NCBI GenBank assembly: GCA_963785305.1
Contig: CAWAUV010000008.1
Coordinates: 1,280,001 to 1,344,000 of the forward strand
DNA length: 64,000 nucleotides
Direction: 5' to 3'
Source of the DNA: an uncultured Planctomycetaceae bacterium
Lineage (GTDB): Bacteria > Planctomycetota > Planctomycetia > Pirellulales > PALSA-1355
Shown here: positions 1-10,944 of the stretch, piece after piece
Numbering within the stretch: position 1 is the stretch's first letter
Layout of the letters: each line of letters opens with the position of its first letter
Notes under the pieces: generated by a model
Seen by the model: only the letters and a program-made list of their open reading frames with translations
What the model was told of the DNA's origin: nothing
Databases searched by the model: none
Translations under genes and position numbers: made by a program

Positions 1-236
1 ACGATCACGTCGCCCTTCTTTTCCCTGAGCGGGCATTTCCACCAGCCAACATGGCCGCCCGGATGCACCGGGTTGTTCGCGGCGTAGATATCGACCACGA
101 GGAACAGGTCCTTGTCCCACACGCTCGCCGAAAACGACAAGCGAAGATCGCTCGACGCGGCCTCGGTCAGGTCGATCCATTGCTGGCCGAGCGTGGCATG
201 GGGAACATCGGCTTCGGTTTCGGGAGCAAGCGTCAT
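1..236 (-). CDS. hypothetical protein, N-terminal part (runs off window); next gene of the polysaccharide locus
   Basis: Open frame MTLAPETEADVPHATLGQQWIDL... starts with an ATGA overlap on the stop of the upstream glycosyltransferase and stays open to the window edge. Confidence 0.6.
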   Translation of the reverse strand, partial: MTLAPETEADVPHATLGQQWIDLTEAASSDLRLSFSASVWDKDLFLVVDIYAANNPVHPGGHVGWWKCPLREKKGDVI

Positions 237-2497
237 TGCCATTGTTTTCGCGCCTGTTGGATAAAGTCGCGCGTCATGTCCATATACAATGAGCCATGAT
301 TCCGCGACGGTTCGATTTGCGTGTTTTCGTGATACTCGTTGAACGACGTGACGATCACCATGTCGGGCCGCTCCTCGACACTCAGGGCGAAGTCGAGCGA
401 CCGCCGATACGTCGCGCCTTGCTGCCGATCGACATGGCGATGCAGGTTGCCCTTGCGATTGACATCGCGCAGGTGGCGATCGTCGTAGCCGGGCGACACG
501 GTGATCAGCCGCAAGTTCCGCACGCCCGCGTCGGAGTTGCGGTAAGCCTGGCGCCAGAGCGGCTCCCATTTCGACGATTGGCACAATTCCAGCGGCGAAT
601 ACAAGCTCCAGCCATCGAAAGTGTCGAATGTCTTGGCCCGCTCGTCCTTGGCGTTGTACATCCGCAGCGTCGAGGCGATGCGCACGCAGTCGAGCGTCGA
701 TTCCTCGATCGCCTTGAGCAAGGTCTTGTTGCCGTCTTGCACGCCGGTCCAAAAGATGAACAGCGCCGGCTCGCCCCGCATGCGGAGATAGTTCGGGCGC
801 CGCATGAACATCTTGCGCACGATCTTGACCGCGTCGACCAGTTGTTCCTTCTTGCAATCGTAGGGACACAATTGAAACCCGATCCGCACGGGGCTGCCCG
901 AGCGCTCGATCACGCTGAACACATTTTCGGCGGCGGCCAATTCGTAGGCATTGGCGCCATCGCCGTCGATATGCAGATTGATGAGCGCGAAGTTGATGCC
1001 GGTTTGCTCGAAGAGCTTCCAGTGTTCGAGGATCGTGGCGCCGTTCGACGAGCCGTAGTAGCCCAGGTTCGGCATGTCGGTCACGCCACCCGAGCTGGGT
1101 GAATCGTTCCAGTGGCTAGCGCCCAGGCCGTTGCCGTACCAGCAATAATATTGCACGCCGAAGAGCGTTGTCTCGGGAGTCGCGGCGACGGCCGCGGCCG
1201 GTCGACCGCGATCGGTCGATTGGCGGTGGGTCTTTTCGATGATGGTCAGTAGTTCGTCGGCGGCGCGGTCCCAGGTGTAGTTCTTCACCCGCTCGCGACC
1301 GGCGTCGCCCATCTGGCGCGCGAGTTCCTTATTGTCGCGGAGCAACCGCATTTTTTCGGCCAGCGCTTCGGGCTGCGCCGCCACGAGAAACGAGCATTGT
1401 TCGTCGACGACTTCGGTGAATCCGCCTTCATTCACGCCGATCAACGGCTTGCCCGCGGCCATGGCCTCGAGCGCCACGATGCCAAACGGCTCCTTGACCG
1501 GCGCGAACACCACGGCCAAGGCGCGCGAAAACAAGATCTGCACTTCGAGGTTATTGAGCCCATGGAGGAAGAACACCCGATTCGAGAGGCCGAGCCCATT
1601 GGCGGCACGCATCAGGTTTTCTTTTTCCGGGCCATTGCCCACGATATAGAGTTGGGCGTCGTCGACATGTTTCATCGCCTCGATCACGAGCTTGATCCGC
1701 TTGTGCGGCCAAAGCTGACCGATCGTGAGAAAGATGTTCTCTTCCGAGGGTTGGACGATGAAGTCGTCGATATTCACGCCCGGATAGACCACATCGCGCA
1801 CTTTGCCGCCGTACACGCCCTCGAGATAGCCGGCCGTATAGCGGCTGTTGGCCACGATTCGCTCGGGCTTGCCCTGCTTGTCGAACATGTCCATCGAGGT
1901 GAGATAGGCCTCGTAGGTCGCGTCGGCGATGCGGTCGTAGTTGTACTTGGGATAGATGTGCAGATTGCGCTGAAACATGCCGGCCACATTGTCGAGCGGC
2001 TGCTCGAATCGCAGATCGTGCAAGATGCGGAGCGGCTCGTGCGGATACCAGACCATCGGATGTCGATTGATCAAGTGGGTCGGCCAGAGATGGGTGTGGT
2101 AGACATCGTGGTCGCCGACTTCGAGTTCCCAAATCTTGGGCAGGAGCACGCCGTTGAGCAGAATCGAATGCGCGCCGTCGAAATAGGGCGTGAGAAACGC
2201 CTGTTTGACTCCAGAGGCGATGCCGTGTTCGCGCAGCAGATCGCGGTCGATCTTGGACGAGTAGATCGTGATATCGTGCTTGTGCTGCCAGCGGTTGACG
2301 CACTCGATCAAATATCGCTCCGCCCCGCCGTATTTCGCGAGCTCCGGAATGATCACGGCCATGTCCAGCCGGCTCGGCCGCGCGGGCCGCTCGCGTCGAA
2401 CGGAGCGTGGGCGCGCTTTCGGCGGCGCGAGCGCCGGCTTGCCGCTTCTACGTTGGGGCGCCGAACGGGGCTTCTTGTGGGAAGATCTTGGTTTCAT
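233..2497 (-). CDS. glycosyltransferase family 4 fused to a C-terminal GH99-like domain
   Basis: GT4 motifs GGAERY, HKRI, EPFGIVALEAMAAGKP; C-terminal YYCWYG, VSPGYDD, TSFNEYHENTQIEPS as in GH99; start uncertain. Confidence 0.85.
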   Translation of the reverse strand: MKPRSSHKKPRSAPQRRSGKPALAPPKARPRSVRRERPARPSRLDMAVIIPELAKYGGAERYLIECVNRWQHKHDITIYSSKIDRDLLREHGIASGVKQAFLTPYFDGAHSILLNGVLLPKIWELEVGDHDVYHTHLWPTHLINRHPMVWYPHEPLRILHDLRFEQPLDNVAGMFQRNLHIYPKYNYDRIADATYEAYLTSMDMFDKQGKPERIVANSRYTAGYLEGVYGGKVRDVVYPGVNIDDFIVQPSEENIFLTIGQLWPHKRIKLVIEAMKHVDDAQLYIVGNGPEKENLMRAANGLGLSNRVFFLHGLNNLEVQILFSRALAVVFAPVKEPFGIVALEAMAAGKPLIGVNEGGFTEVVDEQCSFLVAAQPEALAEKMRLLRDNKELARQMGDAGRERVKNYTWDRAADELLTIIEKTHRQSTDRGRPAAAVAATPETTLFGVQYYCWYGNGLGASHWNDSPSSGGVTDMPNLGYYGSSNGATILEHWKLFEQTGINFALINLHIDGDGANAYELAAAENVFSVIERSGSPVRIGFQLCPYDCKKEQLVDAVKIVRKMFMRRPNYLRMRGEPALFIFWTGVQDGNKTLLKAIEESTLDCVRIASTLRMYNAKDERAKTFDTFDGWSLYSPLELCQSSKWEPLWRQAYRNSDAGVRNLRLITVSPGYDDRHLRDVNRKGNLHRHVDRQQGATYRRSLDFALSVEERPDMVIVTSFNEYHENTQIEPSRNHGSLYMDMTRDFIQQARKQWQ

Positions 2498-2553
2498 CAG
2501 CCGCCCAGGGTTAGGGATTAAGGGAGGGATGCCGGCGCTCGGCCTGGAGCGCG

Positions 2554-3306
2554 TTAGGCCGCTTGGGCGCCGCTTTGGTAGTGATCGATCATAGGGTGGG
2601 GTTCGCCGATGGTCACCAGTCGTCCCCGCTCGACGAGCGCCACGCGATCGCTGATCGTGCGCACCGCGCCCAAGTCGTGGCTGACGAAAATGATCGTGAC
2701 CCCCTCGGCGCGAAACTGGTGGATGCGTCCCAGACACTTGCGCTGGAAATGATCGTCACCCACGCTGAGTGCCTCATCGACCAGCAAAATACGAGGATCC
2801 AAATGCACGGCCACCGCGAAACCCAGTCGAGCCACCATGCCCGAACTGTAGGTGCGGAGCGGTTGGTCGATGCAATGTTCGAGCTCCGCGAATTCAATGA
2901 TCGCCGCTTGGCGCTCGCGCGCTTCGCGGCGGGTGAGCCCAAGCAGCACGGCGTTGAGAATCACGTTTTCCAGTCCGCTGAGCTCCATGTGAAATCCGGC
3001 GCCCAGCTCCAAAAGCGGACAAATTCGCCCGACCGACCGCACCGTGCCCGACGAGGGACGGAGCACGCCGGCCATGAGTCCGAGCATCGTGCTTTTGCCG
3101 GCGCCGTTGCGCCCGATCACGCCCAGGCACTCGCCGGCGCGGACTTCGAACGACACATCGTCGAGCGCGATCTCGGGCCTCCTGCGCCACATGCGGCGCA
3201 GGTGCGTCGGCAAATGCAGCACGAGGCTCTTGAGGCCGTCGCCCACCGGGCTCTCCCGATGGTAGCGCTTCGTGACATGTTCGAATTGGATCGCGATCTC
3301 AGACAA
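2554..3306 (-). CDS. wzt: polysaccharide ABC exporter ATP-binding subunit (Wzt/RfbB-like, no C-terminal CBM)
   Basis: Walker A GRNGAGKST, signature YSSGMVARLGF, Walker B LLVDEALSVGD; TTG start overlapping the wzm stop. Confidence 0.9.
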   Translation of the reverse strand: MSEIAIQFEHVTKRYHRESPVGDGLKSLVLHLPTHLRRMWRRRPEIALDDVSFEVRAGECLGVIGRNGAGKSTMLGLMAGVLRPSSGTVRSVGRICPLLELGAGFHMELSGLENVILNAVLLGLTRREARERQAAIIEFAELEHCIDQPLRTYSSGMVARLGFAVAVHLDPRILLVDEALSVGDDHFQRKCLGRIHQFRAEGVTIIFVSHDLGAVRTISDRVALVERGRLVTIGEPHPMIDHYQSGAQAA

Positions 3307-4138
3307 TTTCCGCGAACCTCCAAACCGACAAGCGATACACCTGCCAGCCCACGACCAGCCACGCCGCGGCCCAGCCGGCGGCCAACAGCAGCGGTTCGAC
3401 CGGCGCGACGCCGCCATAGAACAATTCTTGCCAGCAGCGCCCGGTCGACGAAAACGGATTGACCCAACTCAGCCAGCGATATTCGGCCGGAAGCCGATCG
3501 ACCGCGTATAGCACCGGCGTGAGATAAAACAGCAAATGCATCAGCACATGCGTCAAACGCTCGAGATCGCGGAAAAACAAATTGAAAGTCGCGACCGTCA
3601 GCGAGATGCCGAGCAACATCGTGAACTGCACCGCGAAGATCGCGGGAATCGCCCAGAGCGCGTGGGGCGTGAGCGGATAGCCGTAGTAGGCCATGAACCC
3701 GAACACGATCGGGAGCGACGCCAGGAAGTGCAGGCTTTCGTTGAGCACTCCCGAGAGCACCAGTGCCGAGCGCTCGAACCGCACTTTTTTAATCAGGGTG
3801 CGATTACCGAGGAAAAACACATTGGCGCCGGTGACGGTGTTGCTGGTCCACTGCCAGGGGAATAGTCCGGCGATCAGAAACAGGGGATAGGCCGGCATGT
3901 CGATGCGCATCACGACGCGAAACACGCCGAAAAACACCATCGCGAACGCCAGCGGATTGAGCACGCTCCAAGCGTAGCCGATCATCGTGCTCTTGTAGCG
4001 GACCTTGAACTCCTTGCTCACCAGCACCAGGATCAGGTCGCGATAATAGGCCAGGTCTCGCGGCCAAGTGCTCGAGAAGGCGCGCGACGGCACGACACGC
4101 GGCGCGGCGCCCTCGGTGCTGGTGAAAATCTTGATCAT
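3299..4138 (-). CDS. wzm: polysaccharide ABC exporter permease (Wzm)
   Basis: KEFKVRYKSTMIGYAWSVLNPL, FFRDL, FYLTPVLY motifs; multiple hydrophobic helices. Confidence 0.9.
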   Translation of the reverse strand: MIKIFTSTEGAAPRVVPSRAFSSTWPRDLAYYRDLILVLVSKEFKVRYKSTMIGYAWSVLNPLAFAMVFFGVFRVVMRIDMPAYPLFLIAGLFPWQWTSNTVTGANVFFLGNRTLIKKVRFERSALVLSGVLNESLHFLASLPIVFGFMAYYGYPLTPHALWAIPAIFAVQFTMLLGISLTVATFNLFFRDLERLTHVLMHLLFYLTPVLYAVDRLPAEYRWLSWVNPFSSTGRCWQELFYGGVAPVEPLLLAAGWAAAWLVVGWQVYRLSVWRFAEIV

Positions 4139-4484
4139 GGCTTCGCTGGGCGCCGCCCGACGACACCCAATGCGTCGCTCGGCGGAACCCGCCCTCCTTG
4201 GCGTCAGCCGTCGAATACTCGACCCTCTCCCTGGCACTCAGGGAGCGGCAGTATATACGGCGAGCCGGGGGTCGGGTCAACACAGCTTTTTTCCCAGGTC
4301 GGCCTATTTGACCAAGCGGCATGGCTCGAACCGCCGCCGCGCCCTACCCAGAGCCCGCGGAATGCCCGAAATCGCTCCGCCGGCAATGGCAACGGCGCCT
4401 GCCAGCAACCTCGCCGCTGGGAACACAACGCCAGGCGAGCAGGCAGCCAAAACCGCGGCGCGGGCGAAACCCGCGCTCGAAAAA

Positions 4485-5952
4485 TCAAAACTGCACGATG
4501 GCATCGCCGCCTAGTAGCAATTGGTAGGTCTTCGTGCCATCGTCAAATGGCCTGGCGGCGCCGCGATAGGTGTCCCAGCGCAGTTCGGGACGAAGCGAAA
4601 GATTGCGCAGCGGAGTCCAATTGGCGCCGACCGTCCACGAGGCATAGCTGCCGGCCAGCGGGGCCATGTTCGGATTCGAGGGCTCGGTCAGGCCGACGCG
4701 CGTGCCGTCTTCATCGCGAAACCATTCGACCCGCGTGCCCAGCCGCCAATTTTCGCGCCAGCGATAGTACACATATTGATCGATGCCATACCACATCGCC
4801 GCGCCGCCGCCAGGGGCGCCTTGTTGCTGCGCTCCCAACCACTGGTGAAACACATATTCGATCCGCTCGTGAAAGGTCTTGCTCACGATAAAACTGTAGC
4901 GAGTGCGGTTCGTCACGGCAGTGGCCACCGTCGGCAATCCGGCCGGGTTGCTGCCTTCGTCGCCGGTGATGATGGCGAACGAGCTCCACCAGTCTTTCGC
5001 GGCGCCGGTGTACTTGACGCTGCCCAGAAAATTGGCGTGATTCGAGGTCTCGTCGAGCGCAGTTCCAGCCGTTGACCAAGCCGGCCTGAATTTGCCAGTT
5101 TTCGGTCGGACGCCAATTGCCGATGCCGCCCCACTGAGTGAAAGGACCGGCGAACTGATAGCTATAAGCATGCGAATAGAAGAAGTTGTTGGTCGCCATC
5201 ACGCTCTCGTAGCCGACGAGCGTGTAGAAGTGCCCGACCTTGAGCGAGGCCTTGGTCGACCCGACTTCGAGATAGGCTTGCGGCAAGGCCAGACCATAGT
5301 ACTGGCTGCTGTTCCAACGCGGCGTTCCGGCTCGCGTGGCCTCGAGGCCGCGTGACTGCGCCAGAAAATAGTCCGCGCCATAGAGCGCGTCGAAACGCCC
5401 GCCGACGCCAAACGAGCTATCGCTCGGCAGCAATCGCTCGAGCACGAAATAGGCTTGATTGAATTGCCCGTTGTCCACTTCCTGGGCATTGTAGGGCCCA
5501 TTGAAATGGCTGCCTGGGTTCGAGGTGTTGCCGAGAATGCCGGCGTCGAGCCAGCCGCGGGCCGTGACGAAGCCGTTTTGCGGAAACAGGCGGAAGTACG
5601 GGTCGAGCGATACCGGAGCGTCGCAGGGGCGGCAGCGACAGCGCGACCCGGCGTCGCGGCCCGCCAGGGCGCCGCGGTCGGTTGCGGGGCCGCAACCGGT
5701 GGTGCAATCGCAGCCCGCCGCGGCGCCAGGGCCGCAACCGGTGGTGCAATCGCAAGCCGCGGTCGAGGCCGGCGCCTGAGCTTGCTGCTCCATTTGCCGG
5801 GACGTCGCCGCATAGTTGTAGGCGACCGGATCGACGAATACGACGCTCCCGTCGGCCTCGGGCTCGGCCATCGCGTCGCGAGTCGACAGGAATAGCCCAC
5901 CCACCGCGCACGCCGCGGCCCAATGCAAGACACCGATGCGCATTGATTGCAT
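4485..5952 (-). CDS. outer-membrane beta-barrel porin (BBP2/DUF1597-like), frameshifted near 5065
   Basis: Two ORFs join: QFNQAYFVLER, KVGHFYTLVGYE, NFFYSHAY, RVEWFRDEDG, LRPELRWD; C-terminal Phe. Confidence 0.8.
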
Positions 5953-6267
5953 GGAAATACGCTCCGACGGAAACTGGGATTTGCGAAGAAGAGCCGGGAA
6001 CCTGAAGTGAAACGACAACCGATCGCCTTGCGGGAGGCGCCGAACAGGGACGTTCGGAAATCGGTTGCGTGAATGTTCCCGGTAGTTGTAATCGTCTGAT
6101 TACGCCGGTTCCGTGGAGCGAAACGCGATCGAGATTTCGCGGAAAATGGCCGCCATTCGCAAAGGCGTGGCGTCGAACAGCCGGCCGATCTGCGTGACTC
6201 GCAAACTCTAGCCGACCGTTAAGATCGGCGGCGAGTTTGGGCGGAGAATCCACCCGCGGCGAGTGTC

Positions 6268-8604
6268 CTACAAGTAATTGAGCAGCGTGGTTTGCGCCAA
6301 GTAGCCGGTCGATTCGATCGTGGCTTGATAGTCGAGCTGCAAGGCGGTGAGCTGCGTGGCGGCGGTGGCCATGTCGGTGTCGACCGTTTTCGAATAGCTG
6401 CTCTGTAAGGTGGTGAGCGTATTTGAATTCGCGGTTTCGTCGGACTGCAAGAACTGCTCGCGCGTGCCGAGTTCGGACTGGGCGTAGTTCAGCTGGGTCA
6501 CGCTGGTTTGCAAGGCGCCGAGGGTGCGCGTGACCTGCGCCGAGTCGCCGGTGGTGAGCGCGGTGTAAAGCTTGGCGAGCGAATTGAACATTCCGCTGAC
6601 TTCTTGCGGATTCGTATCGCCGCCGCTAATCATTTGCTGGCCGCCCGCGGTGACCGCCGCCGCGCTCGTTGTCTGACCGCCGGGAATCAGACCCAGGTCC
6701 ACCGCGGCCGAACTGTTGTCGGTCGCCGTCACGCTGAAGGCGCCGGGCGAGGTCGTATCGCCGCTCACCAGTTCGATGCCGTTGCCGGTCGTATTGAGCT
6801 GGGCGGTAATATGATCGGCGCCCGCGGGATTGTTCGCGTTGTTATTGATCAGGTTGATGACGTCGCCCACGGTCTGGGCCCCGCTCACACTCACGGAAAA
6901 CGACGTGCCATCGGGCCGGGTGATCTGAAAGTCGGGCAAGGTCGACGAGCTGCTGGCGGCCGGCTGGTCGATGGCCGTGGTGACGCCGAGACCGTGATTC
7001 AGATCGGCCAGTTGGGTCGAGGTGGTGAAGGTGCGAAGGCCCAACTGCGTGGCGGTCTGGCCGCCATTTTCACCAATCGAAAAATCGATGCCGCTCACAT
7101 TCGAGGTGACGCTCAGGCCGGTTCCCTGCGAATTGATCGCGGCGGTCACGCCGGCGCCCGAGGTGTTGATGTCGTTAATCAGGTCTTGAACCGTTTGGGC
7201 GCCGCTCAGGTTCACGGTGTAATTGGTTCCACCGCTCGAGATCAAGAGTCCACCGGTTTGATCGAGATTCGTTCCCGCGCCGCCGGCGGTGGTGGCGGTG
7301 GCCGCGAGATTGACTTGGCCGGTTCCGGCGAGGTTTTGGCTGGTGCTATCGCCGGAGACGAGGCTGGCCTGAAACACGCTGCCGGCCGGCGAGGCATTGA
7401 GCGCGCTGACGATTTGGTTGGCCGTCGCCCCGCCGGGTCCGACATTGAACGTCAGCTGGCCGGCGCCGGCGTTGTAGTTGACCGTGACATCGCCGGCCGG
7501 GAGCGAATTGTCGGACACGAAGGAGATCGCGACATCGTTATTCGCCGAGCCATGATCGATGGCCGTGATCTGGATATCGTTGTTGGCGCCGGGCGAAGTG
7601 ACGGTCGCCGAGGCGCTGGTTCCCAGCAGGCTGCCGAGCGATGTGTCGAGCGAGAGCGTGGGATTGAGCGCGGCGCCGGAGATCGAATTCGAATTGCTGA
7701 CGCCGGCGATGCCGAGTTGCTTGGCGGTGTTGCCGCCGCCCAGGTCGCTGATCGCCAGCGTGTTGCCCCCGCCGGGATTGATGAGCGCCACATTGAGGCC
7801 GGTCGCGCCGAGCGTGACTTCCACCCGGTCGCCGGCCGGGGCGTTGGACTGAATCGCGTTGACCACGTCGCCGACAGTCTTGGCCGAGCCGAGATCGACC
7901 GTCGAGGTGTGCGAGCCATCGGAAATTTGAATGCTGCCGGGGCTCACTCCGGCCCCGCCATTGAGGTCGGCCAGCGGAGTGCTCAAGCTCAAGGTCGGCG
8001 CGAGCGGGTTTCCCACGATCGGGCTCGAAATCGCGCCAAACGCCGAATTGCCATCGACATTCGTTTGCAACACTTGTCCGACATCGGAAAACGTATTGAG
8101 GCTGCCCGAGTTGCCGTTGTACACGACCGTGTCGCCATTGAGCGTGAAAGGCTGCGTGGCGCTGGCCGAGCCAGCGAAGATATATTGCCCGTTGTATTTC
8201 GTGTTGCCGAGTTGCACCAGTTGCTGGAGCGTGTCCTGCACTTGGCTGGCGGCGGCCGCTTTCTGCGCGGCCGTGGCGGTCGTGCCCTGGGCCGATTCGA
8301 CCGTGCCGACGAGGCTGTTGATCAGCGACGAGACGCTGCTGAGCGTGGAGTCGGTCGTGCTCATGGCGCCGGAGGCGTTGGTCAGATCGGTTCCGATTTG
8401 CGACTGCTGATTGATTTGCTCCTGGAGATTGACGCCGAGCAATCCGGCCGCGGGATTTTGCGACAGATACTGAAACGCTTGCCCGGTGCTGATCTGCTCT
8501 TCGACCTGCACCATGTTTTGCTGCACGGTCTGCAACTGATTGATTTGCGCTTGGCTAATCAACGAGCTCGTTACGCGCGACGAAGGAATGGGGCTGATAG
8601 TCAT
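6268..8604 (-). CDS. flgL: flagellar hook-associated protein 3
   Basis: Flagellin-like termini (QISTGQ, NTKYNGQYIFAG, DTDMATAATQL...TTLLNYL); follows flgK. Confidence 0.88.
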   Translation of the reverse strand: MTISPIPSSRVTSSLISQAQINQLQTVQQNMVQVEEQISTGQAFQYLSQNPAAGLLGVNLQEQINQQSQIGTDLTNASGAMSTTDSTLSSVSSLINSLVGTVESAQGTTATAAQKAAAASQVQDTLQQLVQLGNTKYNGQYIFAGSASATQPFTLNGDTVVYNGNSGSLNTFSDVGQVLQTNVDGNSAFGAISSPIVGNPLAPTLSLSTPLADLNGGAGVSPGSIQISDGSHTSTVDLGSAKTVGDVVNAIQSNAPAGDRVEVTLGATGLNVALINPGGGNTLAISDLGGGNTAKQLGIAGVSNSNSISGAALNPTLSLDTSLGSLLGTSASATVTSPGANNDIQITAIDHGSANNDVAISFVSDNSLPAGDVTVNYNAGAGQLTFNVGPGGATANQIVSALNASPAGSVFQASLVSGDSTSQNLAGTGQVNLAATATTAGGAGTNLDQTGGLLISSGGTNYTVNLSGAQTVQDLINDINTSGAGVTAAINSQGTGLSVTSNVSGIDFSIGENGGQTATQLGLRTFTTSTQLADLNHGLGVTTAIDQPAASSSSTLPDFQITRPDGTSFSVSVSGAQTVGDVINLINNNANNPAGADHITAQLNTTGNGIELVSGDTTSPGAFSVTATDNSSAAVDLGLIPGGQTTSAAAVTAGGQQMISGGDTNPQEVSGMFNSLAKLYTALTTGDSAQVTRTLGALQTSVTQLNYAQSELGTREQFLQSDETANSNTLTTLQSSYSKTVDTDMATAATQLTALQLDYQATIESTGYLAQTTLLNYL

Positions 8605-8629
8605 GGCGGAGCCGTGGATGAAAAGCGAA

Positions 8630-10333
8630 TTAGAGTTGGGTCAGCGTTTGCAATAATTGACTGATGGTCGAAATGAACTTGGCCGACGCGATATATGAAT
8701 TCTGCAACTGAATCATCTCGATCGCCTGTTCATCGATGTTCACTCCGCTCACCGATTGGCTCTGACTTTGCAAGCCAGCCTGCAAGGTCGTGGTGCTGGT
8801 CGAATTGGCCTGCGCCGCCGCGCTGCCGGCGGTGACATTGGCCACCAGGGAGTTGGCCAGATCGGTGATGGTCTGCCCGCCTTGGCTGGCGAGAGGCGTG
8901 GTGTTGAACTGCGCCAGGGCCTCGGCATTGTTGGTGTCGACGCCCACGCCGCCGGTGCTGGCGGCGAACTTCGTCGGATCGCTTACCAGGTCGCTATTCA
9001 CGCCGAGCGTGGCGGCCGAATCGCCAGTGAAAAACGTGTTGATGCCCACCGACGCCAGGAAACCGCTATTGTCGTTGGCAAACGAAAACGTCTCGTTCGG
9101 GTCGGTGCTCGCAATGCTCAATTGGCCCGAGGCCGAGACCGAGGCGGTGAGCCCGGCGATGCCGTTGATTTGCGAGGCGACACCGTTGAGTGTGGTATCG
9201 CCGCCGAGCCCTTCCAGGCTGACATTGATCGTGGTGGTTTCGCGTTGGCCGGTGACCGAATTTTGCGTGACGATCTGAAACGAGCCGTTGGTGGGCGGAT
9301 TCGTCAGCCCGGCGTTTTCCAGCGGCGCGTTGGCGTCGCTGACCCCGTTTTGGCTGGCGACGCTCGAATAGCCGCTGAGCCCCTGGCCCGAGGCATAGAC
9401 CTTGTTGAACTCGTTGGCCAGCGTGTTGCTGTAGGAATTGAGCTGGTCGAGATAGCCGCCGAGGATTTGGTCGCGGGCCTCGATCTGGCCGGCATATTGG
9501 CCGCTAGTGGCCTGGAGCGGCGAGCTCGTGGCGCCGACGACAAGCGTGGGTCCATAGACGCCCGGCGCATTCGAGTTGGTCACCGACACGAGCTGCGCCT
9601 CGCCGCCATCGACCAGATAATTGTTGCCGACATAGACATTCACTTCGCCGTTGGGCTGCGGCTGCACATTGATATTCACGAGATTCGAGAGGCTCGTGAG
9701 CGCGGCCTGCCGCTGATCGGTGAGCCCAACCGCGGTGCTGCCGTTGCTCACTCCGGCCTGAAAGCCGGCGATTTGGACATTGAGCTGCTGAATCTGGGTG
9801 ACGAGTTGATTGATCGAAGCGGCGTCGGCGGGAATTTGCGAATTGATCTGCGACTGAAAACTGGCGACTTGGCTCGCCTGCTGGTTGATGTTCTGGGCCA
9901 GGGTCTGGCCGCTGGTGACGGCGACTTGCCGGATCGAATCGCTGGTCGGCGAGGTGAGCACATTTTGCACCGCGGCCGAGAAATTGGTGAGCGACGTGGT
10001 GAGATCGGTCCCGCTCGTGGTGAGCTCCGACATCATCGATTCAAGCTGTTGATAAACGCTCGCTTGGGTCGAATAACTCGACACGCTGCTATTGGCGGAG
10101 CGGAGGTTCTGCTCGACATACTGATCCACCTCCGATGTGACGCCCTGGACCACCACGCCGGTGCCCATGAGCACGCCGCCCTCTTGCTGCGTGGGGCCGG
10201 TCCCGAGCTGCACCACTTCCTGGCTGTAGCCGGGAGTGTTGGCGTTGGCGATATTCTGGCCGATCACCTGCAAGCCGACACCGGTGGCTTGCATCGAATT
10301 GCCAGCCAGCTGAAGTGTGCCGAAAAGCGACAT
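8630..10333 (-). CDS. flgK: flagellar hook-associated protein 1
   Basis: GQNIANANTPGYS at N-terminus; SVSGVNIDEQ...LQNSYIASAKFI at C-terminus. Confidence 0.93.
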   Translation of the reverse strand: MSLFGTLQLAGNSMQATGVGLQVIGQNIANANTPGYSQEVVQLGTGPTQQEGGVLMGTGVVVQGVTSEVDQYVEQNLRSANSSVSSYSTQASVYQQLESMMSELTTSGTDLTTSLTNFSAAVQNVLTSPTSDSIRQVAVTSGQTLAQNINQQASQVASFQSQINSQIPADAASINQLVTQIQQLNVQIAGFQAGVSNGSTAVGLTDQRQAALTSLSNLVNINVQPQPNGEVNVYVGNNYLVDGGEAQLVSVTNSNAPGVYGPTLVVGATSSPLQATSGQYAGQIEARDQILGGYLDQLNSYSNTLANEFNKVYASGQGLSGYSSVASQNGVSDANAPLENAGLTNPPTNGSFQIVTQNSVTGQRETTTINVSLEGLGGDTTLNGVASQINGIAGLTASVSASGQLSIASTDPNETFSFANDNSGFLASVGINTFFTGDSAATLGVNSDLVSDPTKFAASTGGVGVDTNNAEALAQFNTTPLASQGGQTITDLANSLVANVTAGSAAAQANSTSTTTLQAGLQSQSQSVSGVNIDEQAIEMIQLQNSYIASAKFISTISQLLQTLTQL

Positions 10334-10399
10334 GCCGTTTTGAATCCCTCTCGTGAAGGCGTCGTCGAGAGCCAGGCGGCGGCTGTTCGCTCGAGCCGG

Positions 10400-10885
10400 T
10401 TAGGCGGCCTGGTCCAACATGGTTCCACCCGACGGGCGCGAGGGCCCCTTGTCATATGTCGGCTGAAGTCGTCCGCCTGTAGCGATAATCTCGATCATCC
10501 GGGACAAATGCAGCAAAGTGCGCTGCACGACCATCCAATTGGTCAAACTGTGATGGCGCAGGAGCCGGGCGCGGGAGTCGGCGGCGTCGAGTTGCGGCAC
10601 GAGCGCGAGCCGTTGCTCGCGTGGCAGCGCTGTCGACAGCGATCGCAAGCTATCATCCGGCAAGCCTTCCTGGCTGGCCCGCGCCAGCAGTTCGCCGCGC
10701 CGCTCATGGCAGCGTTGCAAGCGTTCGACGATCGCTTCCTCGCGAGGAACCATTGCCGCCAAGGCCGGCCCGTCCATGGTTCCAAGCAGCAGCCGCTTTT
10801 CATCGACCAGGGCAAACACCTCGCTCTGCACCGCGGACAGTTCCTCGAGCAATTGCACGATATCGGTATCCCAAGCCGGGGACAT
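10400..10885 (-). CDS. flgN: flagellar export chaperone FlgN
   Basis: Small helical protein directly upstream of flgK ending TY...LDQAA. Confidence 0.7.
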   Translation of the reverse strand: MSPAWDTDIVQLLEELSAVQSEVFALVDEKRLLLGTMDGPALAAMVPREEAIVERLQRCHERRGELLARASQEGLPDDSLRSLSTALPREQRLALVPQLDAADSRARLLRHHSLTNWMVVQRTLLHLSRMIEIIATGGRLQPTYDKGPSRPSGGTMLDQAA

Positions 10886-10944
10886 GGCATGTCTTTCGTT
10901 CGAGTCGTCGGGCATTCAAAAAACGCGAAAACGCGGGATGCGTG

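Noticed and set aside
5688..5752. Tandem repeat encoding CDCTTGCGP twice
   Set aside because: Only two units inside the low-complexity Cys-rich N-terminus of the porin; not a CRISPR array
6268..8604. Unusually long FlgL as a possible novel flagellin
   Set aside because: Position after flgK and the terminal motifs fit FlgL; long internal insertions are not unusual in this lineage
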